From the NCBI RefSeq assembly GCF_009914755.1, contig NC_060937.1: a DNA stretch of 64,000 bases; one strand, given 5' to 3'. Below the pieces are notes generated by a model. It did not search any database. It saw nothing but the letters and a program-made list of their open reading frames with translations, and had not been told where the DNA came from. Source of the DNA: the human T2T-CHM13v2.0 reference genome, Homo sapiens. Below, piece after piece: positions 24,522-38,719 of this stretch. Positions within the stretch are counted from its first letter, which is position 1. Each line of letters starts with the position of its first letter. Both the position numbers and the translations under genes were made by a program.

Positions 24522-26774
24522 TTCAAATTTTGTTTTTAATGTCCTCCTTAATTTATTTCATGACACAATGGTTGTCAGGAGTATGTTGAGTATTTCCCAT
24601 GTATTTGTACTGTTTCCACAGTTCTTGTTATTGATCTCTCGTTTTATTATATTGTGGTCAGAGAAGATACGTGATATGATTTCAGATTTTTAAAATTTGT
24701 CGAGGTTTGTTTCGTGTCCTAACATATGGTCTCTTCTGGAAAATATTCCATGTGCTTATGAGAAGAATGTGTACTTGCTGAATGAAATGTTCGGTAGCTG
24801 TCTGTTAGGTCCACTTTACCTAAGGTGCTATTTGATATTTGGATCCTACATTTCTTTGTTAATTTTCTGTCTAGATGATCTGTCTGAAGCTGAAAGTAAG
24901 GTGTTAACGTCCCAAACTATTAATATATTGCAGTCTATCTCTCTCTTTAGATCTAATAATATTTGTTTTGTATTATCTGATACCGCAGTTTTGGGTGCAC
25001 ACATGTTTAAAATTGTTATATCCTCTTGCTAAATTTATCTCTTTATCATTATATAATGACCTTGTTTGTTCCTTTTTACTGTTTTTGACTTAAAGTATTT
25101 TACATGATTTAAGTATAGCTGGCACCAGGGTTAGCAGGTCCAGGTGAGCCAATTCATGGGCCTTCATGAAGCTTGCTCAGGTGCTGAGAGTGGCAGTGGT
25201 GGGCTGGGCAGGTGGACAGGTATTCAGGACTCTCAGCAACAGGTATGGCATAAGTAACAGCAGTAGCAGTGGTGAGACACACTTCTGACTCCCAAGCAGT
25301 TCATGCTGGTGTTGACAGTGACAGTGGTGGGGTAGGTGGGACAGTCCCCAGGTCTGCAAGTGGCATGCACAACTATGCTGGTTGTGGCAGATTGAGTTGG
25401 CCCAACCTCAGGCTCCCAGGAAGAGTGCTTTGGTGCCAACATTAGTGGATGGGGCTGTGTGAGCCCGAGGCACCCAGGCACTTTTTCGGGCAGTAGGGAA
25501 GGGTAAGGAGTGAAGCTGGTTTTGGCAGGCCTGTCTGTCCTCAAGCCCCCTGGTGGTACATGCAGGTGTGGGCTGTTGTAGGTAGGGGTGAGTTGATTCC
25601 CAGGCACCTGGTGGAATGCTCTGGTGGCAATGGCAGAGGATGAGCTGCAGCCCCACTGCTGGGGGTGGTGGAGTTACTGCTAATGGCTTGCGCTTTGGCC
25701 CTGGTGGCAGCAGCCAACAACAGCAGTGGCTGCCAGTGGAATTTATCGATAGGGCTCCAGGGATGCAAAGATGCAGGCAGTGTTGGGCTCCAGGGTGGGA
25801 CGCAGTCTGAGGGGGGCTGGTCTCTCAAAAATGGTGCCTTGCTACAGCTGCTTAGGACTCAAGGGGTGTGTGGGACTCATCTTGAGCTCCCTCTCTGGAA
25901 CAGAGCTGTCATGCTGTCTCCAGGAAGCTCTTTATGTTAATTTCAGGGTATGCAAGGGTAAGAGGCTCTCCCATGGGTAGGACCACAGGAGTCCCTCAGA
26001 GGTATGAGGATTGCTGGGGGTCTCTTGCTTACCTTTTTCCCAAACCAGGGAGCTTATCTGGGATACTAGCCAATCCCAGTTTAGTAGGCTATTCTGACTC
26101 TCTCTTCTTATTTGCCCTAGGTGTTTCCTGTCACTTTTCTGGTGAATTCCAGTGTTCTTTCTTAGATGACCTATTTAGAGTGTAATTATCTACTCATTCT
26201 GTTGGTTCTTTGAGGAGGAGGGAAGTACCATATGCCTCTAGTCAGCTATCTTGAAGCCCTTCCAATTTTAAGAAAATATTGAAGACTTCCCAGTGTTAGG
26301 ATAAGCAGTCATCATGAACAGTACCTGTGAGTATGCCTTTATTAGTACTTGCATGCCTTTAATACTGCAATACTCTGTAGCAGTGTTTTCTCACCCACTA
26401 AAAATGAGAGCCATAGGAAAACCCTGATGTTGCTTGATTCTTCTCTGGACACATTTAAAATTGCAGTTTTAATTCTGGTCTGTAACTGTAGAGCCAAATA
26501 TGAAAGGAGAAAGAAATGGGGGAAAAACCTATTTTATTGCTATTTTTCATCACACGAAACACAGGCCTTCTCCCTCATTCCTTCTTACTCTTGCTTCCCA
26601 TACTAAATATTAGAAAGATGAGGAAAGGTGAAAATAAGGGATTATTCTTTTATCTTCTCTTTTCTTGTCCTTTTACAACCATCCTGTTCTATACTCCCAT
26701 TCTATCCAGCTCTCTTGAGCATCAAGTTTTAAAGGCGGTAATAAGGGCAAAACATAAAAACAGTGTAAAGCACA

Positions 26775-26970
26775 AGGCCCTGGATGGCTTTGGATTTGGC
26801 CCAACATAAGCTCATAAAGTTTCTTAAAACATTATGAAGTGTTTTTTTTGCGATTTTATTTTTATTTTTGGCTCATCAGCTATCATTAGTGTTAGTGTAT
26901 TTTGTATGTGGCCCAAGTCAATTATTCTTCCAGTGTGACCCAGGGAAGCCAAAAGATTGGACACACGTGG
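26775..26970 (-). mobile_element. MER30 hAT MITE
   Basis: gctcatcagctatcattagtgttagtgtatttt...cagggaagccaaaagattggacac. Confidence 0.88.
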
Positions 26971-27081
26971 TGTAATGTGTAAAAAGAGAAATAAAAAGCA
27001 GAGCAAAACAAAGTAAGATTCTCATTACTTCTAGTCCCTGCCTGTCAATTGAGTAAAATCATATCTTCTCCTTTACCATTA

Positions 27082-27478
27082 CCTTAGTTAGGGCAACTAA
27101 AGCAGGATTTACAACAAACATGTGAAAAATCCCAGTGGCTTAATGAAATAAAAGTTTATTTCTCTCTTACAAAGAGTTAATTTCACTTGTACTCGATTGG
27201 GCAGCTCATGGCTGGCCTCCAAGGAGTGATTCAGGAATCCAGGCTTCTTCCAACTTATGATATCATCATCTCTAACATGTGGGCTTTAATGCCTCGAGGA
27301 GAGGTGAAAGAGTATGAGGAAGGAACACTGCAACCCACATCACTTTAACTTTACATTTCTATTCACCAGAGCTGGTCTCACATGAATGGAAATAGGTAGC
27401 AGCTGCTCAACAACAATTCTACTCTGTATAAAGGTGCAGAGACCTTAAGCGTTCCATTAGTTTTCTATCTTTGCCATA
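27082..27478 (-). mobile_element. Old MLT1-type MaLR LTR
   Basis: cagtggcttaatgaaataaaagtttatttctctct...gtgattcaggaatccaggcttcttcca...ttgccata. Confidence 0.6.
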
Positions 27479-27994
27479 CACCCCATAAGAGATTCCATTT
27501 CTTTTTATTTCAAGTCCCTGTTTGTCCACTATGTTCCCAGTCTCTTTCATCAACCTAGAATGTATACATAAGCTAACAGTTCTGTATGAAAGTCCATGAT
27601 CTTAAATGTTACCATTGAATTGAGAACACATATATTTGAAGAGTCCCAATATAGGCTTTGAACACACTTACTTGAAAAATTGTTGATGGGTAAAATTATT
27701 TGGATTTATGTTTTTATGAGAACAATAAAATACATCAGGGATATTATGGACTAAATAGGATTTTGTAGGGAGGAATTAGAACTAAATCATCTCACGTAAC
27801 AATAATTATATGAAAAATGACTCCAAACATAATTGATATTTAATGTTAAGCAAAATATATAAATTGATGGCTGCACATAACAACCTTTTAGGGATGGGCA
27901 TGCAAGTGGAATTCTGTAGGGGTGTGATGATTCTTTTATTACAGAAGCAGCTGTAAGAAGATAACTCAGAATACACATGTTCTTTCATCAGGTG

Positions 27995-28375
<381 letters not shown>

Positions 28376-29149
28376 TAGATTTTTCCCTCCACAGACAGAG
28401 ACTGAAGTATTTTATCTTGATAATCTCAGGTCACAGCAGTGTTTGACCTATCTTTGGAGCTCAAACACTTGCTCACTTAAGTTCTACAGTCAGAAGGAGG
28501 ATTTTTGTTTCTTTCTGCTCTGTGTAAATCAGCTAAGAGCTGCTAAGGAAAGGTCATTGATCTTCATAGATATAGTAGAGAAAAGCATTCTGGGTCCATT
28601 TCTCTGATGAAGCATAAAAACCTAACAGAGGCAACTCACTCTGGTCAGTAAATGACCACAGAGATTATTTTAAAGACGGTACTCTAAAGGAAGAAAGATA
28701 AATTTGTTGAAGTTATTTTATTAAGGGAAAGTTTTAAATATATTTTTTCTTGTATTAAAATAGAAAAGTTACTAGATTCGTGTTATAAGTTATAGTTGAG
28801 AATTTATTAGCAGAAAAACTCTTTGAGATTTACTGCTTTTCATTGTTTTAATATATTGTAACTTTGATATGTTTATATCTTCTGACTTTATTTGATTGAT
28901 ATACATATAATTATTTAAATTATTTTTGTTTACTTATATAAATTATTTGATTTCATTTTTTAAATTCCTCTATATTACATGATGGCCAAGTATTTGAGAC
29001 TATAAGGAAAAAGTATATGGTTCCTGGTCTCACAAATATAGAGATCAGGGAAAGAGGGAAAAGAAAAATAATACAATCTGATAAGAGCTTGGATATACAT
29101 ACAACAATAGAATATGAGAGCTATATTCAACACAGGGAAGGGAAAAATA

Positions 29150-29295
29150 CATATTTTGTTGTTAGTTTGTTATTTAACTGTCTTTCTTAACCAACTGAGC
29201 CAGGTGGGGATCAACAATTTGACTTATATATGAAATACCAGTGCTTCATAATGGCTGGGTCTGACTCATGCTAGTTGCTGAGTAAATGATTATAG
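29150..29295 (+). mobile_element. L2 3' fragment
   Basis: ttatttaactgtctt...ccagtgcttcataatggctgg...gttgctgagtaaatg. Confidence 0.45.
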
Positions 29296-29434
29296 AACTG
29301 CTTACTTGGCAAAAAGACACTACCTAATCTATGTTGCTGTGTGTCATGATCTTGTGGCAGATGGTCTCAAAGCTAGGATGCATCATGATGATATCAAGTG
29401 TAACGGGAATGTCACATATTTCTATTCTGAATGC

Positions 29435-29680
29435 AGTTATTGAGGACTTCACTAAGAAACTGGTTAAAGGCTTTTTATATATATTCTCACTTAAACTTGT
29501 GTCCTATGAGGTAGATTCAACTCTTACCCATATTCTACAGATAAAAAAAATGGAACCTTAAAAAAAGTAAATGACCTACATGCTCAATGTCACCAAATTT
29601 TAACTTAAAAAAAAATAATTAAAAAGAAGATCATATGCCAGATACTGGTCTCCTAACCAGAGTATTTCCTACCTTTTAGT
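29435..29680 (-). mobile_element. MIR
   Basis: ttattgaggacttc...cctatgaggtag...cccatattctacagataaaaaaaatggaac...gtaaatgacct. Confidence 0.65.
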
Positions 29681-30169
29681 TTTCCTTTTTTCATTTTCTA
29701 AAATAAGTTGTAATCATAGTCATATTTATGGTTAGGTTTTTATTATGCCACACTTACTGGTCCTCTCAAATTAATCCAATATTTATTTATATGTTAGTAA
29801 ATATATGTTAGTAAATATATATGTCATGGTAAGATGTATAACTCAAAACTTACTATATGATTTTTAAATGTTTAATCAGTTGTTACATAAACTAAAATAA
29901 ATTGCATTATAAACACAAACTGTTATAAATTGTGAGGTGTTTTTACATGTTATCTTCTGTGTTGTAAAAAAAAAGTATATACTAGTTATTATTATACCTA
30001 TATCACAATTGAGGAAACCAAAGAAAATTCGTTGTGAATTGCTCATTTGGAAAATGAGAAAATAATATAAGGCAGCTTTAGAAAAAAAAATCACTTACTG
30101 TTATACTGGGAGTCATGAATAATAATAGAACCAGAGATATTAAATAGACCAGGCCCAGGAATTACAGAG

Positions 30170-30575
30170 TGATCTAGTTTGGATGTCCCCTCCAAATCCC
30201 ACGTTAAAATGTAATGTCCAGTGTTGGAGATGGGTCCTGTTAGAAAGTGATTGGCTCACGGGGGTGAATTATGAATGGTTTAGCACCATCTCCTTTGTGC
30301 TGTCCTTGAGACAGTGAGTGAGTTAGTCATGACATCTGGTTGTTTAAAGTGTGTGACACTTCTCCCACACCATTTTCTCCTGGTCTCTCCATGTGATATG
30401 CCTAATCCCTCTTTGCCTTCCACCATGATTGTAAGTTTCCTTAGGCATCCGAGTAGATTCCAGCACTGTGCTTCCTGTAAAGCCTGCAGAACAACAATCC
30501 AACTAAACCTCTTTTCTTTATAAATTACTCAATCTCAGGTATTTCTTTATAGCATCACAAGAATAGCCTAACACA
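30170..30575 (+). mobile_element. MSTB-type MaLR solo LTR
   Basis: tgatctagtttggatgtcccctccaaatc...atgaatggtttagcaccatc...gcctaacaca; perfect TSD cagag. Confidence 0.9.
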
Positions 30576-30589
30576 CAGAGCTACCAAGA

Positions 30590-30604
30590 AGATAGATTAG
30601 ATAC

Positions 30605-30651
<47 letters not shown>

Positions 30652-30703
30652 CATAGATACATAGATACATAGATACATAGATACATAGATAGATGATAGA
30701 TAG
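30590..30703. repeat. Compound tetranucleotide STR (GATA)n/(GATACATA)n
   Basis: About 11 uninterrupted GATA units followed by about 5 GATACATA units. Confidence 0.95.
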
Positions 30704-33700
30704 TTAGAGGCTCATACTTAAGTATTTATCTCCATATAGACAGATAGATAGATACAAAAGCTACATTTCTCACTAAAATTTTGATGGCAATTTGCTTAAA
30801 GTTTTCCCTTATTTGGATAGTTTTTTCTGTCTTTGGATTCCTTGGGTAAACATCCTTACCTTCCTTAATGCGTGTATTTTAGTTTCTACTTACCATGTGC
30901 TAAGCCCAAGTTGCTCTCTGGTAAATCGCATTTCAAATTCCCAAATTCGACTGTCTCAGCATTAGATCAGATGCATTTCTCATTCAGTCTTTCAGTCTTC
31001 AGATAATAAAGGCCTGAAAGGCATGCAGTATGAAGAGTGATGCTGAAGAAACACTTCCCTATGTGGACAGCACCGTTCCCAGAAAATAGGACTAAGTTTT
31101 CATGATATTACATCTCTTTATTGCTCAGTGTACACGTTCTTATTTCCCAAATATGCAATTCCAATAATAAAATATTTTATCAAAATATCACTATCGCAAG
31201 TCAAATGTCAGGAGCATTCCTTCCTCTTTCGGGAGGGAACACAAAATCTGATCAAGCTATTACATTCATGGGCCATAATATGAAGCCACTCTTCTCTGTC
31301 TGTTATGCTAAGGTGAATTCCAGATTTCCATTGGTGTATTCTAATTTTTATACAAGTATGACATTTTTATTCTGCTGAATATGGACCACTCCCAATAATC
31401 AGAAAATAATCATTAAACAATACCCTAAATTTAGCTTCTGTTCAGAATAAAAAGTATGTAGAGAAAAAAATATATAGTAGATTGGTCAGTGATGCAAGAC
31501 CTAATATTTCCTGTTTTACATGGATAACAATGTGCATGATGACATCAAGTATCCAGACCAATTATTTGAATCCCCTGGACTGCCCACCTGGCTGCATAAT
31601 ATGTTTCTCATTTTGATAATTTCTTTGGCCCAGGGATGTTTAAGGCCTCCTATAAGAAAGGAATTAGTAATGAATTCTGTGTGTTTGTGAATGTGTGAGA
31701 GAATGATGTGTAAGGTGGGAGGTAACTAGCATTTTGCAGTGAATCAGATGTCAGAATGCTGAGTTTTGTTGTCTGTAACACTATTTTGCTTTCTTTTTCT
31801 TTTCTGTCTTTGTTTGCTTGTTTGTTTACCCCATTTGGAGCTAACTAAAATTGTGATTTATTACAAGTACATTTTCTTTGGAAGGAAGGAACAATTTGCT
31901 AAAAACCAACAGAGTTTCAGTCACATGCAGAAACTCACTTATTGTTCATCTACCTAATTTCCAAGTTGCTAGAATACAGAATCTGATTGTCTTAGCTCAG
32001 GTCAGTCACCCATCCCTTTTTCCACAAGCCATCGTCAGAAATACAGAGCAAGCATCAGCAATGTCTATGCTAAGAACCCACCCTGTGAATGCGTTGGACA
32101 CTTCCCATTGAAGAATAGATGAACACAAATTTCTGTGTATAAATACACTCAAAATTCCAATACTCTTTCCTCTAAGCCAGTATAATTATTGACTAAATGT
32201 GCAAGTGAAAGATGTAACTCTGTTCATTTTCAATGAAGAATTAGCAAGAAAACTGCAATTCTTTATTTGATGTTACCATTTTCCATTTTTCTTACAAACA
32301 AAAATGTAATATTGGGGAAGATATTGAACACTCTGAAATGCTACTGAGAGTCTAGCAGGGACTTTCAATATTCTTTTTGGAATCAAAGGATAAATGAAGA
32401 AAGGAAAGTGATGGGGATGCTGACAATAGGACTGAATTAGACAGAAATTATGGCTGTTTGGAGACAACCTAGAAGAAAAAGTATGGTAGAAGATCCTGAG
32501 AAAATGATCAAAAATATCAGTGTGATGTGTTCTTAGTCCTTAGGACTTTTAAAGTTCAATCCTCATTGTAAGCATAACTATTTATCTTCTTTCTGACTCT
32601 TTTATCCATTATCTCCTCTCCCCTATATTTTCTCTCTTGTCAAAAAAAGTACTTTTGTTTATTGACGATACAGAGTTTTAAACTACCTGAAACCAAAGTG
32701 CCTATTGTGGAAAGTTTTATGTCTGACAGCTATATTTTAGCCAATAAAAGAATAATAAAATAATAGCTTGACTCCTTCTTTGTTTTTCTTCGAAGGCAAT
32801 GAACACTACAACTAGGGCAATAACCTAGCCCAATCTCCATCATTTCATGCGTTCACTTTGTGCTACATTTCACAAACCTTTGGCGATCTTTACTTTTTAC
32901 CTTCTACATCTAAATATGTAAATGGCTACATATCAAGAAAATAATATTAATTATATGTAATTCCCTGCTTAACAAATGATGGTGAAATAATAAATGAAAT
33001 TTTAAGACCAGTAAAAATAATGAAAACATTCTAGAGATACTAATAAGAAAAAAGAAATTCAAGATATGCTAACTGTTGAGAAAAAATACAGTATGTTATA
33101 ATTTTTGTATACATATATTTATACTGTGTGCATATGTGAATATATTGTATAGATATTATTTACCTATATTATATAAACATATTAAAGTATACATTATACT
33201 TAAACAGTGTTTACCTCTGAGTGATAAGAGATAGCAAGAGACTTCTGTAAACCTGTGTTATATGTGATTTTCTTTTCTGTGTATATATATGTACATAAAT
33301 CCTTATATTGTTGTAATTATTCTACTATCAGTGGATTGTACTTTTTAATCCATTAAATATTCTTTTAAATCCAGTTTTTGAAAGAGTTATGCAATCTTCT
33401 CTATAAAATACATTGATAAAAATATAGATTCATATTGGAAATAAAAATACATATTAACAAAAAGGTAGATATTTACTGATTTAACATTTTTATTATACTT
33501 CCATACTTAGGCTATAGTATTACAGAATCACACACAAAAATATTTGGATGAAATTCTAAACATATAATTACATAATTTAACAACATATTCTGAATTATAA
33601 TATAAAATATTTCAAAAGATATAAATAAAATACACCTTTGGGCATATCAAATAATTGTAAAAATCACCTTCATGTGAGTTTTGTTCCATTAATATTATGA

Positions 33701-34526
33701 CTCATCCTTCTAGAATAATAAACACTTTAAGCTGGCTACGTAGCATTTGCTCATTTCCCTCAGTGAGAGCATTAAAATTTCACCTATTACCCTGTTACTT
33801 GGGAAGATAGACTATGTCATTTGGTATAACACTGGTGATTTATCTAGTCTGGCATTTTCTCTTCTAAAAATACATTTTGAAGATCATTCTTCCCTCTGTG
33901 CTCATGAAGACAACATGGTTTAGAATTTACAAAAGGGTAGAAATTTATCTTAAGCAAGAGTATGCCAATTCCATGTGACATTTATCCTCTCAAGCCAGAT
34001 GGCAGTGGGATGGAATTTGGGTCCTTCTTTTTCTTTTGTATATTATTCAAAGATTAATTAAATGTTCAAATTGAAAACCAACAACAAACCTAAATAATTC
34101 CATTATGTATTTAGCTAACTCTGTCAATAAATGAAAGAAGAGTGTCTAGTCACTATTATTAGTTCATTACATGAATATTTGGTTGATGGTTTTAGTAGCA
34201 TTGATGATCAGAACTGGAATATAAATATATAATGCTCACAAGAAAATTTCCAATGAATTGTTATAGAAAACTTATATTATTTCACCAAGGAGCTTCAAAT
34301 CTGCTAATCAGTTCCATACATTTCTGCCCCTTTCCTGAAAAAACCTCAGAAAAAAAGATTGTATTTTTTTTTTTTTTTGTCTGGATGTTTTGAAGTGTTC
34401 CAGCAAAGATGTGACTTTAACTGTACAGGCAGTCCTGACCTTCTAGCAATGTCATTAAAAATCGAGAGACATAGAGAAGATATAGAAGGTGGCATCCTCA
34501 AATTTAAATTGGCCCAGAATATATTA

Positions 34527-34763
34527 CAGATTTAGTATCACTTATCCAAAACACTTGAACCAAAAAGTGTTTCAGATTTCTGATTTTTTCAGATTTTTGA
34601 ATATTTGCATTACACCAGGCTGGCTGAGCATCCCATTTTTGAAAATCTAAAATCTGAAATACGCCAATAAGCATTTCCTTTGGGCATTATATCAGTGCAT
34701 AAAACGTTTTAAATTTTGGAGCATTTCAGATTTGGGATTTTTAGATTTGAAATGCTCAACTTG
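34527..34763. mobile_element. Tigger4a (Zombi/MER46)-like MITE
   Basis: ta-cagatttagtatcacttatccaaa ... tttgaaatgctcaacttg-ta; repeated tttcagattt motifs. Confidence 0.8.
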
Positions 34764-35949
34764 TAACACCAGTGTGACAGAGGTAGACCCTTCATGCAGC
34801 TTCTGTGAGAGATGTATATTTTTGCCATAATTATTTACCTAACTCAGATTATTGGTTACCACAAAATATATGCTCATCAGAAAAATACTGGTCCAAATTT
34901 GCTTTTCAAGCATGTTTATTTAATTGTAGTATAATGAAGACAAATCTTCAGAGCTAGTTGGCATTATCATTAATTTATTTGGACTTTTGTGGAAAACAGA
35001 GGAAACTTGAAACCTAAATGGCCTTTTGGATGCCAAAGGAAAAAAAAAAAAAGAATTTGTTGAGAGTAGATCAAGTTCTAACAATGCTAACCTTTAACAC
35101 TGAGTCTACTGTGAGATCTGGAATGAGAGAACTGCTTCAAGAGAGTAACATTAATTCTAGGAAATGAGAAATATACATTTAGGAAAGATAAATGAAAGGC
35201 ACTTGAAGAAGAATATTATCTAGCTTTCTTCACCAGAGAGGTTCTCAAGTAAATTGGAGAACCTTCTACCTATGGTTCTCTGCATACACACAACTCAGCA
35301 TTTTAGATTGGATAGCTGGTAGAGGTCTTATTCTTTTGAGGAACTAAGTCAAATATTGGTATGTTATAGAAATAAAAATTCCATTTACATTTCTTTGAAG
35401 TGGAAGGGAAGTTATGACCCCGAATATTTCACTCTTATTACTTAATTGAAGATATTTTGATCATTCACATGTTAGGCCATTGTAAGGCAATAACATAGGG
35501 TACATACATGTCTCTGCTAAATCTAGACTTTTTCATGTGATAAAGAGTATATTTTTGCTTTTTCCACTTCTCTACTCAATATAAAGTGTCTGTATCATTC
35601 ACCTCATCCTCCACAACTCTGCTCCCTTTGAAACTCCTGCATTTGGCCCTTAACATCATTCCCTACCAACAATGTTAGCTTCTTAAGATGAGGTTTTGAA
35701 GTACATCTCAAATGAAATAATAGACTCCTCTTTTGCTTGGTACTCATTCTAATAAGAAAGGGTAGAGGAAGGTGTTCAGTGACAAGAAAACCTCCTCAAA
35801 TTTATTCATTACTAAATAATTTTACATCAGCCTATCATACTTGGATTGTGAATTTGCATGTCTTTGAAATTCTAATAGCTGTTAGGTCTATGACAGAAAA
35901 TGCTTGTAATAGCCCTAGCTCAAATAGATCTCAATGTCTTCATAACCTC

Positions 35950-36200
35950 TGATTAGATGTTTGAAGATTATGAGCAAGACAGGGAATAGAGGATGATAAA
36001 CATTAAAGAATGAATTTAATTTTAAAAGTATTAAGGTTGAGCTGCTAATGAGACATCTGTGTAGATCGTGTCCCATAAATACTTATAGAAATGCAGTTAG
36101 AGCACAGAAGAGAGCAAATGGCAAGTAAAACATAAATCAGGACTACCAGCCTAAAGATTATGTCTCAAGATACAAGATTTAAATGATTACCTAAAGCTCA
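35950..36200 (-). mobile_element. L2 fragment
   Basis: gaatttaattttaaaagtattaaggttgagctgctaatgagacatctgtgtagat. Confidence 0.4.
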
Positions 36201-37014
36201 CATTATATGTCTTTATCTAACAAGCCATTAAATAATTTTCCTCTTCCTTATTCAAGTTATGAATAAATTGAGAAGTAAAATAGCATATTCTTCAGATAAA
36301 ACACCAAGAGATCATTTCTATGACTGGTAAAGCTAGACCAGAAGACACAGTTTGATAAATGTCAAATGAGCCTGAGATCTCCCTAATCATACTAACAGTC
36401 TACACAGGATACCCCATTAATAGGAAATGCAGAGTCTGCAAAAAAAATACAATTCAATGTTTTCTTTTGATTTAGTTGGAGGAAGGAGAAAATAATTGAT
36501 TGAATTTCCTATGCCCAGCTGTGTTTCTGAATTAGCTGTTTTTAGAAAGGTTTGAGTCAAGGGCTATTATCCCTTCTCCCAACATGGTAGTTAATTACTT
36601 CATATAAGTTGGAGAAATTGATGGGGTAATAAACAAAGAAACAGAATCTTATGGTAGACAGTGTGGATTTTCATGCTAGAGATCTCTGTATGAGTCAGAA
36701 GATTGAATTAATTAAATCTACTCCAAAATTGCATATTACTCAAGATTGAAAATTCTCCCAGAATTATTATACCCTCCTCAAATTATTATTGTCCACTATG
36801 GCCTGTAATAACCTTCTGCAAGTAAGACCAAAGGACATCAACAACAACAGTTTTGCAAAAATGTCATTCGTATAGTCATGCTGTATATTGAAACACCTCA
36901 TGGAGATAAAAATGTCCCAAACCAAAACAGGTTAAAGTTCAAAATGTTAAATGACAAATAATTAAAATCTGATGTAAATCTCTCTTGCATTTGTCTGTTA
37001 AAAATCCAAAAAAA

Positions 37015-37128
37015 ATACCCCATTTTATAAGATGTGATTATTATCCATTGCATGCCTGTATCAAAACACCTCATGTACCCTATAAATATACACACCTACT
37101 ATGTACCCACATAAATTAAAATTTAAAG
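37015..37128 (+). mobile_element. Heavily 5'-truncated L1MA 3' end
   Basis: gatgtgattattatccattgcatgcctgtatcaaaacacctcatgtaccctataaatatacacacctactatgtacccac; probable TSD aaatccaa. Confidence 0.85.
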
Positions 37129-37353
37129 AAATCCAACAAAATTGCTCATAGAGATTAGTTTTAGCGAAAGAGCTTTCCAAGATTAGAAAGAGTTAAGGGT
37201 CATTCAGTCGCTTTAGGCTTTAGTGTTTCTTACCCAAAAGTTCTACTTCTTTTAGGAGCTCACAAATTTAATAAATTTCTGGTCAAATTTTTTATTATTC
37301 TCACTTTAAATAGTCCAAACATTTAACAGAACATACACCATTTCACATTGGCT

Positions 37354-38010
37354 CTTTATTATTACTATTATTATTAATATTATACTTTAAGTTCTGGAAT
37401 ACACGTGCAGAACGTGCAGGTTTGTTACATAGGTATACACGTGCCATGGTGGTTTGCTGCACCCATCAACCTATAATCTACATTAGGTATTTCTCCTAAT
37501 GCCATCCCTCCCCCAACCCACCCCCCCACCCTGACAGGCCCCAGCATGTGATGTTCCCCTCCCTGTGTCCATGTGTTCTCACTGTTTAACTCCCACTTAT
37601 GAGTGAGAACATGTGGTGTTTGGTTTTCTATTCTTGTGTTAGTTTGCTGAGAATAATGGTTTCCAGCTTCATCTATGTCCCTGCAAAGGACATGAACTCA
37701 TTCTTTTTTTACAGCTGCATAGTATTCCATGTTGTCTATGTGCCACATTTTCTTTATCCAGTCTATCACTGATGGGCATTTGGGTTGGTTCCAAGTCTTT
37801 GTTATTGTGAACAGTGCTGCAATAAACATACGTGTGCATGTGTCTTTATGGCAGAATGATGTATAATCCTTTGGGTATGTGCCCAGTAATGGGATTGCTG
37901 GGTCAAATGATATTTCTGGTTCTAGATGCTTGAGGAATTGCCACACTGTCTTCCACAATGGTTGAACTAATTTGCACTCCCACCAACAGGGTAAAAGCGT
38001 TCCTATTTCT
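37354..38010 (-). mobile_element. 5'-truncated L1PA (about L1PA7/8) 3' end
   Basis: tatactttaagttctgg...gtgcagaacgtgcaggtttgttacatagg; ORF2 C-terminus DPAIPLLG...CTRMFIAALFTI...WIKKMWHI (track ORF 37698-37958). Confidence 0.92.
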
Positions 38011-38136
38011 AAATCATTTAAATTAGCCTCTAAATCACTTATCAGGTTAACTTATAGTCTCAGAACATAGTGTTACAAAAGACCAATTTCTTTTTATTTC
38101 TCCTCGAAAATTGGCTGAATTATTACTTTTCTGTAA

Positions 38137-38511
<375 letters not shown>

Positions 38512-38719
38512 TAGTTTAGCAGACATGTGGTATGTGTACCTTGTTATTACAGATAATAATTTTACCAAATGTTTTGCCTCCCACTGTCAACATTTCATTT
38601 TTAGTTATGTTAGAAACCTGCTTTTAGTTGAAATTTATGTTAATTAGTCCATGCATTAAGAATAGCATCAAAAACTGGTGTTTTTAGATGAAGAAGCGTC
38701 TTGAAGATTGGAGGAAATG

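Larger units (their letters stand above)
21302..26262 (-). mobile_element. L1MA-type LINE with 3' end, ORF2 pieces and GC-rich 5' region; two large internal deletions; three nested Alus
   Basis: L1MA 3' UTR at 21302-22250; ORF2 C-terminal relics (MFIAAVFTIAKRWNQ, LPDFKIYYK); discontinuities at about 23392 and 25120; 5' end motif tagtcagctatcttg at about 26240-26253. Confidence 0.85.

Noticed and set aside
25177-26185. Dense cluster of overlapping ORFs and high GC
   Set aside because: L1M 5' region; stop-poor because of GC content; too few CpGs for a CpG island
29788-29822. 14-bp tandem duplication tatatgttagtaaa (similar small ones at about 128-160, 8042-8062, 28187-28210)
   Set aside because: Ordinary slippage duplications
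37354-38010. L1PA insertion lacking an obvious TSD
   Set aside because: The TSD may be obscured by the decayed tail; not enough evidence for a target-site deletion
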